A stretch of 64,000 nucleotides of DNA from an uncultured Eubacteriales bacterium (GCA_949293985.1 CASFFN010000007.1:20619-84618); one strand, 5' to 3'; positions 33,759 through 43,474 are shown, numbered from the stretch's first letter. Notes: generated by a model not told the origin, from the sequence alone. A program made the numbers and translations.

Positions 33759-36039
33759 GCGCAAAAGCGTAGGAAAACCTGTAAGGAAAAAGGACGCCAT
33801 GCAGCTGCTGCTGGGAAAGCCCCTCTTTGTGGAGGATGTGACGCCACGGGATGCTTTGGTGGTAAAGGTGCTGCGAAGCCCTTATGCCAACGCCAGAATC
33901 CGGGACATCCGCACAGAGAACGCCATGAAGGTGCCGGGGATGGCGGCGGTCTATACCTACCGGGATGTGCCCCAGAAGCGGTTTACCATGGCAGGACAAA
34001 CCTATCCGGAGCCATCTCCGTATGACCGGCTGCTGTTGGATTCGCATCTGCGGTTCGTGGGGGATGCGGTAGCCATCGTAGCCGGAGAGAATGAAAAGGC
34101 TGTGGACAAGGCCATGAAGCTCATCCGGGTGGATTATGAGGTTCTGGAGCCGGTGCTGGACTTTCACACCGCCAAGGATAATTCTATTTTGGTCCATCCC
34201 GAGGACAACTGGCGCTCCCTCTGCCCGGTGGGGGCAGACAACCGCCGGAACCTCTGCGCCTCCGGGCAGGAGGGGGAAGGGGACATTGACGGAGTACTGG
34301 ACAGCTGCCCGGTGGTGATTGACCATACCTATCATGTAAAGGCCTGCCAGCAGGCCATGATGGAGACCTTCCGTACCTATACGGAAATCGACCGGTACGG
34401 CCGGCTGCATGTCATCAGTTCCACTCAGATTGTGTTCCACTGCCGCCGGATTATCGCCAACGCCCTGGACATTCCCAAGTCCATGGTTCATGTGGAAAAG
34501 CCCAGAATCGGCGGCGGCTTCGGCGCCAAGCAGACGGTGGTGGCGGAGGTGTACCCGGCCTTTGTAACCTGGAAGACCCGGCGTCCGGCCCGGATGGTTT
34601 ACTCCCGAAAGGAATGCCAGATTGCCGCCTCTCCCCGGCACGAGATGGAGGTTCATGTGCGGCTGGGAGCTACCCAGGAGGGTATTATCCGGGGCATTGA
34701 TTTGTATACCCTTTCCAATACCGGAGCTTACGGCGAGCATGGCCCCACCACCGTGGGCCTCTCCGGCCATAAGTCCATTCCCGTTTATACCGCCAACCTG
34801 GAGGCTTTCCGCTTTACCTATGATGTGGTGTATACCAACCGCCAGTCCGCCGGCGCCTACCGGGGCTATGGCGCGACCCAGGGCCTGTTTGCGGTGGAAA
34901 GCGCCGTCAATGAACTGGCGGAAAAGCTCCATATGGATCCCCTGGCGCTCCGTGAGAAGAATATTGTCCGGGAGGGTATGGAAATGCCCGCCTATTATCA
35001 CGAAACCGCCAACGCCTGCGCCCTGGACCGGTGCATTGAGAAATGTGCCGAAATTTTCCATTGGGCGGAAAAATACCCGGTGCGGGATATGGGGGACGGA
35101 AAAATCCGGGCCGCCGGTGTGGGCCTGAGTATGCAGGGCTCCGGCATCTCCGGGGTAGATGTAGGCTCAGCCACCATCAAGCTGGGAGACGGGGGTTGCT
35201 ACAATCTGATAATCGGCGCGGCGGATATGGGTACCGGCTGCGATACCACCCTGGCCCAAATTGCCGCCGAGTGCCTGGACTGCGATTTGGATAACATTGC
35301 GGTATTCGGCGCGGATACCGACGCCTCCCCTTATGACTCCGGTTCCTATGCCTCCTCTACCGCCTATGTCACCGGAAAAGCGGTGGAAAAGGCCTGCCTG
35401 GAGCTGCGGGAAAAATTGTGCCGGATTGGGGCAAATATGCTGGGCTGCGTTCCGGAGGAGACGGTGTTCTCCGGTAAGGGTGTAAGCCTTGCCGACGGCT
35501 CCGCCATGGTGAGCCTCATGGACATTGCCGCCCGCTCTATGGCAGGCAACACTATCCCGGTACAGGTGACGGTGAGCCACTCCTCTCCGGTATCGCCCCC
35601 GCCCTTTATGGCAGGCATGGCGGAGGTGGAGGTGGACACCGAAACCGGCCATGTGGAGCTTCTGAATTACGCCGCTGTGGTGGACTGCGGCACTCCTTTG
35701 AACCCCAATCTGGTGCGGATTCAGGCGGAGGGCGGCATTGTCCAGGGCATCGGCATGACCCTGACGGAGAATGTCACCTATACGGCAAAGGGCCGGGTGA
35801 TGGAGGACTCCTTCATGCAGTATAAGATTCCCTCCCGACTGGATGTAGGCAAACTTCAGGTGGACTTTGCCTGTAGCTACGAGCCAACCGGTCCTTTCGG
35901 GGCAAAGTCCATCGGCGAGGTGGTCATCAATACCCCCGCTCCTGCCATTGCCCATGCCATATACCGGGCGACGGGCGTGTGGCACCGGGAACTGCCGATT
36001 ACCCCGGAGAAGATTCTCGTGTCCATGCAACATGACTAA
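33751..36039 (+). CDS. Xanthine dehydrogenase family molybdopterin-binding large subunit
   Basis: 762 aa. GKPVRKKDAMQLLLGKPLFVEDV, GGGFGAKQ and GAYRGYGATQG motifs. ATG 33751 overlaps the upstream stop by 8 nt. Confidence 0.88.
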   Translation: MGERKSVGKPVRKKDAMQLLLGKPLFVEDVTPRDALVVKVLRSPYANARIRDIRTENAMKVPGMAAVYTYRDVPQKRFTMAGQTYPEPSPYDRLLLDSHLRFVGDAVAIVAGENEKAVDKAMKLIRVDYEVLEPVLDFHTAKDNSILVHPEDNWRSLCPVGADNRRNLCASGQEGEGDIDGVLDSCPVVIDHTYHVKACQQAMMETFRTYTEIDRYGRLHVISSTQIVFHCRRIIANALDIPKSMVHVEKPRIGGGFGAKQTVVAEVYPAFVTWKTRRPARMVYSRKECQIAASPRHEMEVHVRLGATQEGIIRGIDLYTLSNTGAYGEHGPTTVGLSGHKSIPVYTANLEAFRFTYDVVYTNRQSAGAYRGYGATQGLFAVESAVNELAEKLHMDPLALREKNIVREGMEMPAYYHETANACALDRCIEKCAEIFHWAEKYPVRDMGDGKIRAAGVGLSMQGSGISGVDVGSATIKLGDGGCYNLIIGAADMGTGCDTTLAQIAAECLDCDLDNIAVFGADTDASPYDSGSYASSTAYVTGKAVEKACLELREKLCRIGANMLGCVPEETVFSGKGVSLADGSAMVSLMDIAARSMAGNTIPVQVTVSHSSPVSPPPFMAGMAEVEVDTETGHVELLNYAAVVDCGTPLNPNLVRIQAEGGIVQGIGMTLTENVTYTAKGRVMEDSFMQYKIPSRLDVGKLQVDFACSYEPTGPFGAKSIGEVVINTPAPAIAHAIYRATGVWHRELPITPEKILVSMQHD

Positions 36040-36637
36040 GCACATTTTGTTTTTGGCTTCCGGGAAATCCAGCCGTTTCGGCAGCAATAAGCTGCTCTAC
36101 CCCCTTTGGGGAAAGCCTTTGTTTTCCTGGGGGCTGGAAGTCCTGATGGAGGCTGCCCGGCGGGGGCCGGACTGTACCCTTCGGGTAGTGTCCCAATATG
36201 AAGACATCCGTCATTGGGCGGAAGCCCGCGGTGTTTTGGCGGTGGACAGCCCCCTGAGCCATCAGGGCCTGTCCTACACCATCCGGGCAGGGCTTCAAAG
36301 CATCAAAGACCTTGCACCGGAGGACACCTTGGTATTTGCTGCGGCGGACCAGCCCTTTCTGCAAGCGGATACGGTTCTGGAGCTTCTGTCCGCTCCCGGG
36401 CCTGCTGCACGGGTCTGCTGGCAGGATACTCCGGGAAACCCTGCGGCCTTTTCTGCCCGTCTGGCCCCGGAGCTGATGACGCTGGAGGGGGACAGGGGCG
36501 GAGGTGTCCTGTTGAAAAAATACCCCTGCACCCGCGTCCCGGCGGCCTCTTGCTGGGAGCTGTGGGACATAGACCGGCTTGAGGCGCTGGAAGCCCTGCC
36601 GCCGGAGCTGGTAACACAATATCAAGAAAAGATTTGA
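36032..36637 (+). CDS. MobA/MocA-like nucleotidyltransferase (molybdenum cofactor cytidylyl/guanylyltransferase)
   Basis: 201 aa. ILFLASGKSSRFGSNKLL matches the NTP_transf_3 signature LAAGxSxRxGxxKLL. ATG 36032 overlaps the upstream stop. Confidence 0.75.
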   Translation: MTKHILFLASGKSSRFGSNKLLYPLWGKPLFSWGLEVLMEAARRGPDCTLRVVSQYEDIRHWAEARGVLAVDSPLSHQGLSYTIRAGLQSIKDLAPEDTLVFAAADQPFLQADTVLELLSAPGPAARVCWQDTPGNPAAFSARLAPELMTLEGDRGGGVLLKKYPCTRVPAASCWELWDIDRLEALEALPPELVTQYQEKI

Positions 36638-36648
36638 GGAGAAAGAAG

Positions 36649-37728
36649 ATGAAAAGATTTCGTTCTGCCCTGGCATTTATTCTGGCCTTGGCCCTTCTAT
36701 TCTGCATGACCGGCTGCGCCGGAAGTGAGACCCAAACCACGACGGAGCCTACCCAGGCTTCCACTCAAGAGATTACGGAGCCTGCCGGGACTACCACGGA
36801 AAGCCAGGCCATTACCTTGACCGACCAGGCCGGACGGCAGGTGACCCTGGAGGCTCCTGCCCAGACCTTGGTAAGCTGCTATTACATCACCACTTACAGC
36901 ACCCTGGCGCTGGGGCTGGGGGACCGGGTGGTTGGTCTGGAAAAGAAGGCGGATACCCGTCCCATTTATACCCTCTGCGCCCCGGAGCTGCTGGAAAAGC
37001 CCCAGGTGGGCACCTTGAAGGAGTTGAATGTGGAGGCTGTTGTGGCCTTGGAGCCGGATTTGGTGCTGATGCCGGTGAAGCTACAGGACTATGCTGCCAC
37101 CCTGGAGGATTTGGGTATCCCTGTGCTGGTGGTAAACCCTGAATCTCAGGAGCTGCTGGAGGAGATGCTTGTCCTCATTGCCGCCGCCTGTGGCGTTCCG
37201 GAGCGGTCAGAGGCGCTGCTTGCCTACTATGAGCAGCAGCTTGATAAGGTTCGCGAACGGATTCAGGGAGAAGAAGCTCCCCGGGTTTACCTGGCCAGCA
37301 ATTCCTCCTATCTCTCCGCTGCTCCCGGGCAGATGTACCAGTCCGATTTGATTACCCTGGCAGGAGGCGAGAATGTCATGTCCCAGCTGCCCGGAGACTA
37401 CTGGACGGAGGTTTCCTACGAGTCCATTCTGGCAGCTGACCCGGAGGTAATTGTCATTCCCGCCGGTGCGGAGTATACCACCCAGGATGTGCTGGCTGAT
37501 GAGAGCCTTGCCCAGGTAACGGCGGTGAAGAACGGGGCGGTGTATGCCATGCCCCAGAATCTGGAGGAGTGGGATTCTCCCATCCCCTCTGGAATTTTGG
37601 GTGTGCTGTGGCTCACCAGTGTGCTGCATCCCCAGGTATACGATTTTGAAACCTTCCAAAAGGATGTCCAGGACTTCTACAAGACCTTCTATGGTGTGGA
37701 AATTCCCGGGGATCTGATTACCAAGTAA
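36649..37728 (+). CDS. ABC transporter substrate-binding lipoprotein, FecB/BtuF (Peripla_BP_2) type
   Basis: Lipobox MTGCAG plus a T/E/Q-rich linker. ITLTDQAGRQVTLEAPAQTLVS...LGLGDRVVG pattern. Confidence 0.8.
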   Translation: MKRFRSALAFILALALLFCMTGCAGSETQTTTEPTQASTQEITEPAGTTTESQAITLTDQAGRQVTLEAPAQTLVSCYYITTYSTLALGLGDRVVGLEKKADTRPIYTLCAPELLEKPQVGTLKELNVEAVVALEPDLVLMPVKLQDYAATLEDLGIPVLVVNPESQELLEEMLVLIAAACGVPERSEALLAYYEQQLDKVRERIQGEEAPRVYLASNSSYLSAAPGQMYQSDLITLAGGENVMSQLPGDYWTEVSYESILAADPEVIVIPAGAEYTTQDVLADESLAQVTAVKNGAVYAMPQNLEEWDSPIPSGILGVLWLTSVLHPQVYDFETFQKDVQDFYKTFYGVEIPGDLITK

Positions 37729-38736
37729 ATGCGCCGCAGAGGGTATTTGCTGATTCCGGCCGCACTTTTGCTGACGGTCACCGCCCTTTTGTCCTGCACG
37801 CTGGGCAGTTACCCCATCTCCCTGGAGGAGATGGGGCGGCTGCTGTTGGGAAAACTGGAAAATACTACCATTTCCGGGGTGTTCTGGCAGCTCCGGGTGC
37901 CCCGGGTGGTGACGGGGCTTACCGCCGGGTGCGCTTTGGGCCTGGCGGGAGGCGTGTATCAGCTGCTGTTCCGGAACCCCCTGGCTTCCCCGGATCTCAC
38001 CGGCGTAGCCTCCGGCGCTTCCTTAGGCGCCGCCTTGGCGCTGGTGCTGGGCGCTGGGAGCTGGTGGCAAATGATGGCGGGCTCTTTTGCGCTGGGGCTG
38101 TTGTCATTGGTTCTGGTGCTGCTGCTGGTGGAGTTTTCCGGCATCCGCCGTACCGGCAGCTATGTGCTTGCGGGCATTGTGATTGCCTCCGCCGCGGAGG
38201 CGGGGCTGATGCTTCTGAAATATATGGCTGACCCGGCCGGGGAGTTGGCAACCATTGAATTCTGGACGATGGGCAGTCTGGGGAAGGTTACTGCCGGCAA
38301 GGTGTATCCTTGCCTGCCTTTGATTCTTCTGCCCATGGCATTGGCGCTGTGCTTTGAAAAGCAGCTTCTGATTCTCAGCCAGGGTTCTGCTCAGGCCCGG
38401 CAGCTGGGGCTTGCCCCCGGCCTGTGGCGGGGCATCCTTCTGGGACTGGCCACCTGGATGACCGCCGGGGTGATTTCCGTCACGGGAGCCATCGCCTTTG
38501 TGGGGCTGATTGCTCCCCACATTGCGTTCTCTTTGTACCGCCGCAGGGGAGGAATGTACCTGCTGTTTTGCATGGTGGTGGGCGGAGAGCTGCTGCTGGC
38601 AGCGGACATTCTGGCAAGGATGCTGGTGCCTTGGGCGGAGCTGCCCCTGAGCATTCTAACGGTGGCCTTTTCCTTGCCCGTACTGCTTTTTGCCTTGCGG
38701 CGCGGAAGAAAGGAGGAGTATGGAACCGATTTTTGA
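37729..38736 (+). CDS. FecCD-family ABC transporter permease
   Basis: 335 aa. LRVPRVVTGLTAGCALGLAGGVYQLLFRNPLASPDLTGVASGASLG. Starts 1 nt after the SBP stop. Confidence 0.88.
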   Translation: MRRRGYLLIPAALLLTVTALLSCTLGSYPISLEEMGRLLLGKLENTTISGVFWQLRVPRVVTGLTAGCALGLAGGVYQLLFRNPLASPDLTGVASGASLGAALALVLGAGSWWQMMAGSFALGLLSLVLVLLLVEFSGIRRTGSYVLAGIVIASAAEAGLMLLKYMADPAGELATIEFWTMGSLGKVTAGKVYPCLPLILLPMALALCFEKQLLILSQGSAQARQLGLAPGLWRGILLGLATWMTAGVISVTGAIAFVGLIAPHIAFSLYRRRGGMYLLFCMVVGGELLLAADILARMLVPWAELPLSILTVAFSLPVLLFALRRGRKEEYGTDF

Positions 38737-39511
38737 AGCTTTGGCGGTGTCCGTGGGATATACCGCACCCATCCTTCGGGAGATTTCCTTCTCCCTGTAC
38801 CCGGGGGAGATGGTGGGGATTCTGGGCCGGAACGGCTGCGGAAAAACCACAATGCTCCGGGCCATTACCGGGGAGATTCCCTGTATCCGCGGAGAAATCC
38901 GGCTTCAGGGGGAGGATATTCGCCGCCTTTCTGTCCGGGAGCGGGCACGGCGGACGGCGGTTATGCCGCAGGGCGGCCATGCCATGCCGGGGATAACGGT
39001 ATTGGAAGCCATCGCCATGGGAGGCTATGCCCAGGAAGGTTTCCGGTGGGGGTTGTCCCCCCGGCTGCGCCAAAAGGTGGAAAGTTGTGCGGAGGATTTG
39101 GGAATTTCATCCCTCCTGCACCGGGATTTGGGGCTTTTGAGCCAGGGACAGCGGCAGATGGTTCTGCTGTGCCGCCTGCTGGTACAGGACACCCCTCTTA
39201 TGCTTCTGGATGAGCCAAACGCGGCCCTGGACTACGACAACGCCCGGCAGCTGCTGTATAGGCTCCGGCAGCTGGTACGCCAAAAGGAAAGGGGAGCGCT
39301 GCTGGTGCTCCACGATCCCCAGCTGGCCTTGTCCTATTGCAGCCGCCTGCTGATTGTGCACCAGGGGAAAATCTCGGCGGATGTGTCCACGGAGGCTCCC
39401 GTGAAAGCCCTGGAAAAATCTCTAAATATTTTATATCCCGGACTTCGCTTGACAGAGAACCCATTGGAAGCAGGATATTTTTGCGCTCTGTGTGCGAAAA
39501 CAGTCGTGTAG
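38720..39511 (+). CDS. ABC transporter ATP-binding protein
   Basis: Walker A GRNGCGKTT, signature LSQGQRQ, Walker B LLLDEP. AGGAGG RBS precedes ATG 38720, overlapping the permease 3' end. Confidence 0.88.
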   Translation: MEPIFEALAVSVGYTAPILREISFSLYPGEMVGILGRNGCGKTTMLRAITGEIPCIRGEIRLQGEDIRRLSVRERARRTAVMPQGGHAMPGITVLEAIAMGGYAQEGFRWGLSPRLRQKVESCAEDLGISSLLHRDLGLLSQGQRQMVLLCRLLVQDTPLMLLDEPNAALDYDNARQLLYRLRQLVRQKERGALLVLHDPQLALSYCSRLLIVHQGKISADVSTEAPVKALEKSLNILYPGLRLTENPLEAGYFCALCAKTVV

Positions 39512-39749
39512 CAAATGGTACCGCCCCCATTTGTTGGGGTATATGGCCATGGAATGATTCGCTTGTGGAGGGCTTTTAGTACACTTTGGGGAATTGGATA
39601 ACAATCGGAAATTTGCGGTTGTTTTCTGCCGTTTTATGGGATATAATTACATGGTCAGGAGTTTTCAGATTGCCGCTGCAATATGACGCTTCTACATGGC
39701 GCCACATGGTATGGTGCGATGCGGATAAAGAAAAATGAGGTAAAATTTG

Positions 39750-40235
39750 ATGAATCCAAGCCAAAGCAATGAGATAGAGCGATTGTTCCGGCAAATGTAC
39801 CCTTTGATGGTAGAGTATGCGGAAGGCTCCCTGAAAAGCTTTGCCCAGGCGGAGGAGGCTTCCCAGGAAGCATTCCGGATTGCCTGCCAAAACCCGGATG
39901 TCCTGATTAACAGTACGAATCCGGAGGGATGGCTGATTGTTACGCTGAGAAATGTAATTTTCAATATCTACCGGCGGCGGGGTGAGGCACAAAAATTTTT
40001 GATGGAGCAGATGGCTTGCTGCCCGGAGGAGAAAGTGATGACCCGCAGCGAAGAGGATCCGGAACTGCTGTATCAGAATCTGGTGGATACAGAAGAATTT
40101 CAATTGGTGAAAGAACTGGTTCTGGATGGAAAATCCTATGAGGAGCTGGCAAGGGCCAGGAACATTACTGTGGGCGCCTGCCGCAAGCGTATGGAACGGG
40201 CGAAGAAATTTCTTCGGAATAAACTTAAAATTTAA
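39750..40235 (+). CDS. RNA polymerase sigma-70 family (ECF-like) sigma factor
   Basis: 161 aa. Region 2 (EAFRIACQN...GWLIVTLRNVIFNIYRRR) and region 4 HTH (KSYEELARARNITVGACRKRMERAKKFLR). Confidence 0.82.
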   Translation: MNPSQSNEIERLFRQMYPLMVEYAEGSLKSFAQAEEASQEAFRIACQNPDVLINSTNPEGWLIVTLRNVIFNIYRRRGEAQKFLMEQMACCPEEKVMTRSEEDPELLYQNLVDTEEFQLVKELVLDGKSYEELARARNITVGACRKRMERAKKFLRNKLKI

Positions 40236-40285
40236 TGTTACATTTTGGCGTTTCGTTACATATACCTTACAGAAGGAGGTAAAGT

Positions 40286-41128
40286 ATGCCCAATCAGGAG
40301 AAACGAACCGACCTGGCCCGGTATGATTCCATGGATACCGAGGCGCTTCAGGAGATTCTCCGGGCGGATGCTTCTAAAACAGAGGCTGAAGTATCCGACC
40401 AGGAAACCATTTTATATATTATGGAAGTGCTTGCCGAAAGAAGAAAAGCGCAGAAACAGGGAAAATCCCTGGACGAGGCCTGGGAGATATTCCGGCGGTC
40501 CTATGAAGAACGCGCAAACAATGTTTCGGAAAAAGAACCGGTGAAAACGGGCGGCAGGTGGAAAAAGAGCCTGGTAGCAGCCGCTGCCGTGGTGGTGCTG
40601 TTGTTGGGAGGCGTGGTGACAGCCAAGGCCTTCGGTGTGGACCTGTGGCAGACCATTGTCGTATGGGGCAAGGAGACCATGCATATTGGTTATGCGGGGC
40701 AGGTGGAGGAAACAGGAATTCTCAGCCCGGAATATGATAATTCCGGCGCTTCCTTGCAGGAAGCTTTGGAGGATTTCCATCTGGCGCTGAAGCTGGTTCC
40801 CACCTGGCTTCCGGAGGGATATACGGAAACGGAAGTGTCAGTGGATCAAAGCCCAGTGCGGAGGCGTTTTTTGGCGATATACACTTCACCGGAAGGAAAT
40901 ATGATAAGCATTCGGATTGCGGATTATTTAAGCGGCCATCCGTCGGAATTTCAGAAAAGCGGAGACTGGCTTGAGGTTTATGAGTCTGCCGGCGTCCCGT
41001 ATTACATTTTTCAAAACATAGACCAGTTGAACGCGGTTTGGCTTGTTGAAAATTTAGAATGCTGCATTTCTGGACCGGTATCTCTTTCTGATATGAAAAA
41101 GATGATAGATTCGATAGAGAAAGGATGA
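40286..41128 (+). CDS. Anti-sigma factor-like single-pass membrane protein (DUF4367-like extracytoplasmic domain)
   Basis: Cytoplasmic N-domain, TM LVAAAAVVVLLLGGVVTA, and a C-domain with LVPTWLPEGYTE...VWLVENLECCISG typical of DUF4367 as I recall it. AGGAGG RBS. Confidence 0.7.
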   Translation: MPNQEKRTDLARYDSMDTEALQEILRADASKTEAEVSDQETILYIMEVLAERRKAQKQGKSLDEAWEIFRRSYEERANNVSEKEPVKTGGRWKKSLVAAAAVVVLLLGGVVTAKAFGVDLWQTIVVWGKETMHIGYAGQVEETGILSPEYDNSGASLQEALEDFHLALKLVPTWLPEGYTETEVSVDQSPVRRRFLAIYTSPEGNMISIRIADYLSGHPSEFQKSGDWLEVYESAGVPYYIFQNIDQLNAVWLVENLECCISGPVSLSDMKKMIDSIEKG

Positions 41129-41574
41129 TTTTAGTGAGAAAATCTAACGCTGTTAAATTTATCGCCCTTTTGCTGACGCTTTGTCTTGCGTCTCCCTTGA
41201 CTGTCCATGCGGCGGAGCAGGAGGAGATTATGCCCAGAGAAAGTTTGTATTTGAACATGTCCAGCACCTATATCGCCGATATGGGCAATGGGGAGATGCA
41301 GATTTGGTTTGAAGTGATTGGGACGGGTTATATGGACGAAATTGGCGTGCTGTCCATTCAGCTGTATGAATCCACCGATAATGCAACCTGGAAAAGGGTG
41401 AAAACCTTTTTGCCTGAGGATAATCCGGAGATGATGGCGTACAATGCTTATGATCATTTTGCTCATGTGACCTACCACGGCATTGCCGGCAGATATTACA
41501 AGGCTCGTGTGTGCGTCTGGGCCGGAAAAGACGGCAAGGGGGATTCCCAGTATAGGTGGGCTTACATGTTGTAA
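41125..41574 (+). CDS. Small secreted protein, unknown function
   Basis: 149 aa. Signal peptide FIALLLTLCLASPLTVHAAE. ATGA overlap with the anti-sigma gene stop. Confidence 0.65.
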   Translation: MILVRKSNAVKFIALLLTLCLASPLTVHAAEQEEIMPRESLYLNMSSTYIADMGNGEMQIWFEVIGTGYMDEIGVLSIQLYESTDNATWKRVKTFLPEDNPEMMAYNAYDHFAHVTYHGIAGRYYKARVCVWAGKDGKGDSQYRWAYML

Positions 41575-41620
41575 AATGCCACAGTGTCCCGGCGGGGTTT
41601 CTGCCCGGCAACAAGAAATC

Positions 41621-41662
41621 CAACACCCCCAAAGGAAACATCGCTTTCCTTTGGGGGTGTTG
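41621..41662. terminator. Strong hairpin between convergent genes (terminator-like)
   Basis: CAACACCCCCAAAGGAAA (41621-41638) pairs perfectly with TTTCCTTTGGGGGTGTTG (41645-41662). No clean U-run. Confidence 0.6.
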
Positions 41663-41771
41663 CGCTTATAGCCTGCTTCTCCATGCGGCAGAGCATGACA
41701 ATTTCAGATTGGAGGTTCTTTTTCGCCGTGGTTGCGCTTTATACAGCGTCCCGTTGAGATCCGCCGTATCC

Positions 41772-42329
41772 TTATTTCAGCTTACCGCCATCCCGGAATG
41801 CGTTGCCCACACGCTCGCCCAGTACATGGTAGCCGTTGTTTACGGGCTCGAAGGAGATTGGCTGGAATTTGCCCATATCCAGTTTCCCGTCGCTGCTCAG
41901 CACGCTTTCGTCAATACTTACATTCACAATCTGCCCGATGATGTTACCGTCCTCATTTACTTTCAGCAATTTACATTCCAGTGCCACAGGTAACTCATCA
42001 ATGAGAGGGGCGTCCACAAATTTGCTCTTCGTGGAATGGAAGCCGGACCTCTCCAGCTTTTTTGGCTCGTGATTCGCGGATACCATTCCCACATAGTCCG
42101 CGGGAACTACATGGGCCGCGTCAGCAAAACTGACGGTGAAAGCCCCCTTTGCCTGGATATTCTTTGTGGTCTTATGACCGGCGCTCAGGCACAGCACTAC
42201 CTTGTCCGCGTCGTACAGGCCGCCCCAGGCGGCATTCATGGCGTCGGGATTTCCGTTTTCGTCGTAGGTGCCGATTACCAGTACCGGCAGCGGATAAAAC
42301 CAGGATTTTGTTCCAAAATTCTTACGCAT
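41772..42329 (-). CDS. Flavin reductase family protein (FMN-binding split barrel)
   Basis: 185 aa. FYPLPVLVIGTYDENGNPDAMNAAWGG pattern. Confidence 0.82.
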   Translation of the reverse strand: MRKNFGTKSWFYPLPVLVIGTYDENGNPDAMNAAWGGLYDADKVVLCLSAGHKTTKNIQAKGAFTVSFADAAHVVPADYVGMVSANHEPKKLERSGFHSTKSKFVDAPLIDELPVALECKLLKVNEDGNIIGQIVNVSIDESVLSSDGKLDMGKFQPISFEPVNNGYHVLGERVGNAFRDGGKLK

Positions 42330-42342
42330 TGCGAATTCCTCC

Positions 42343-43173
42343 TTATTTCTGCCCGTCTACCGGAGGTACCATGGCTGCGTACCGCGCCAGAAGCTCCGGA
42401 GTACTGTGGTAGTAGCGTTTTTGCTGGTCCATAACAGCAATCTGGGCCAGTTCGCCGTCTGTCAGCGTGAAATCGAACAGATCCAGATTGTCTTTGATGT
42501 GCTGGGGATTCTTCGAGCCGGGAATCACAATGTTGCCGCTCTGAATATGCCAGCGCAGAATGATCTGGGAATTGCTCTTTCCATACTTGCGTGCCAGTTC
42601 TGTAAACAGAGGCTCCTCCCGCAGCGCCTTATCCCCGTGGCCCAGGGGATACCACGCCTGGAGGAAGATGCCTTCGTTATCCAGAAAGGCCTTCAGCTCC
42701 TTCTCCTGAGAGTAAGGGTGCGCCTCCGTCTGTAACACGGCGGGCCTTACCTCGCAGATGTCCAGGATCTCCCGCACCTGCTCCACGGTAAAGTTGGAAA
42801 GACCGATGGCTCGTACCTTTCCCTCTTTGCAGGCTTTCTCCATTCGCCGGTAACCGGCGATATAGTTGCCTGCCGGTTGGTGAATCAGCAGCAGGTCGAT
42901 GTAGTCGGTATCCACACGCTGGAGCGTCTTTTCTACCGCACCTTCCTGCTCATAAAAGCTGGGCCACAGTTTGGTTTCCAGAAAAACCTCTCCTCTCGGA
43001 ATTCCGGATTTCTTTATGGCCCTGCCAACGGCTTTTTCGTTCACATAGGCGTTGGCCGTGTCAATCAGGCGATAGCCGCACCGGAGGGCGGAGAGGACAG
43101 AAGCCTCCGCTTCATCCGGTGTCAGCAAAAAGGTACCGATGCCTGTCATGGGCATTTTTACACCGTTGTTCAA
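42343..43173 (-). CDS. Aldo/keto reductase
   Basis: 276 aa. NNGVKMPMTGIGTF, GYRLIDTANAYVNE and IGLSNF motifs. The start codon as drawn is TTG and lacks a convincing SD. Confidence 0.85.
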   Translation of the reverse strand: MNNGVKMPMTGIGTFLLTPDEAEASVLSALRCGYRLIDTANAYVNEKAVGRAIKKSGIPRGEVFLETKLWPSFYEQEGAVEKTLQRVDTDYIDLLLIHQPAGNYIAGYRRMEKACKEGKVRAIGLSNFTVEQVREILDICEVRPAVLQTEAHPYSQEKELKAFLDNEGIFLQAWYPLGHGDKALREEPLFTELARKYGKSNSQIILRWHIQSGNIVIPGSKNPQHIKDNLDLFDFTLTDGELAQIAVMDQQKRYYHSTPELLARYAAMVPPVDGQK

Positions 43174-43409
43174 AGTTGCGTATTTATAATACTTATTATA
43201 TTCGGATAAACGAGGTATTTCAACCTGTTTTTGTGAATCTTTTATGTATCCAGTAAACAGATTCAGCAGAAACGGACAATAGACAAAAGCCCCCGGATAC
43301 AGGAAAAGAAAAGTATGCCGGCTGCCCCATTTTTAATTGAGAAAAAACAGGGTCAGAACAGTTCAGATCCTGCCAGAAACAGGCAAACCACAATAGAAGA
43401 TGTGAAATG

Positions 43410-43441
43410 AAAAACCCCCGAAAACCGAAGTTTTTCGGGGG
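43410..43441 (-). terminator. Intrinsic terminator downstream of rpsI
   Basis: On the minus strand: CCCCCGAAAA...TTTTCGGGGG stem followed by TTTTT. Confidence 0.85.
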
Positions 43442-43474
43442 CTTGAGCATCTTTGAACCAGCTTGAAGTGCTGA

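Noticed and set aside
43220-43450. A 76-aa minus-strand ORF in the gap between the AKR gene and rpsI.
   Set aside because: It runs through the rpsI terminator hairpin, has no RBS and gives a Phe/Leu/Ser-rich implausible sequence.
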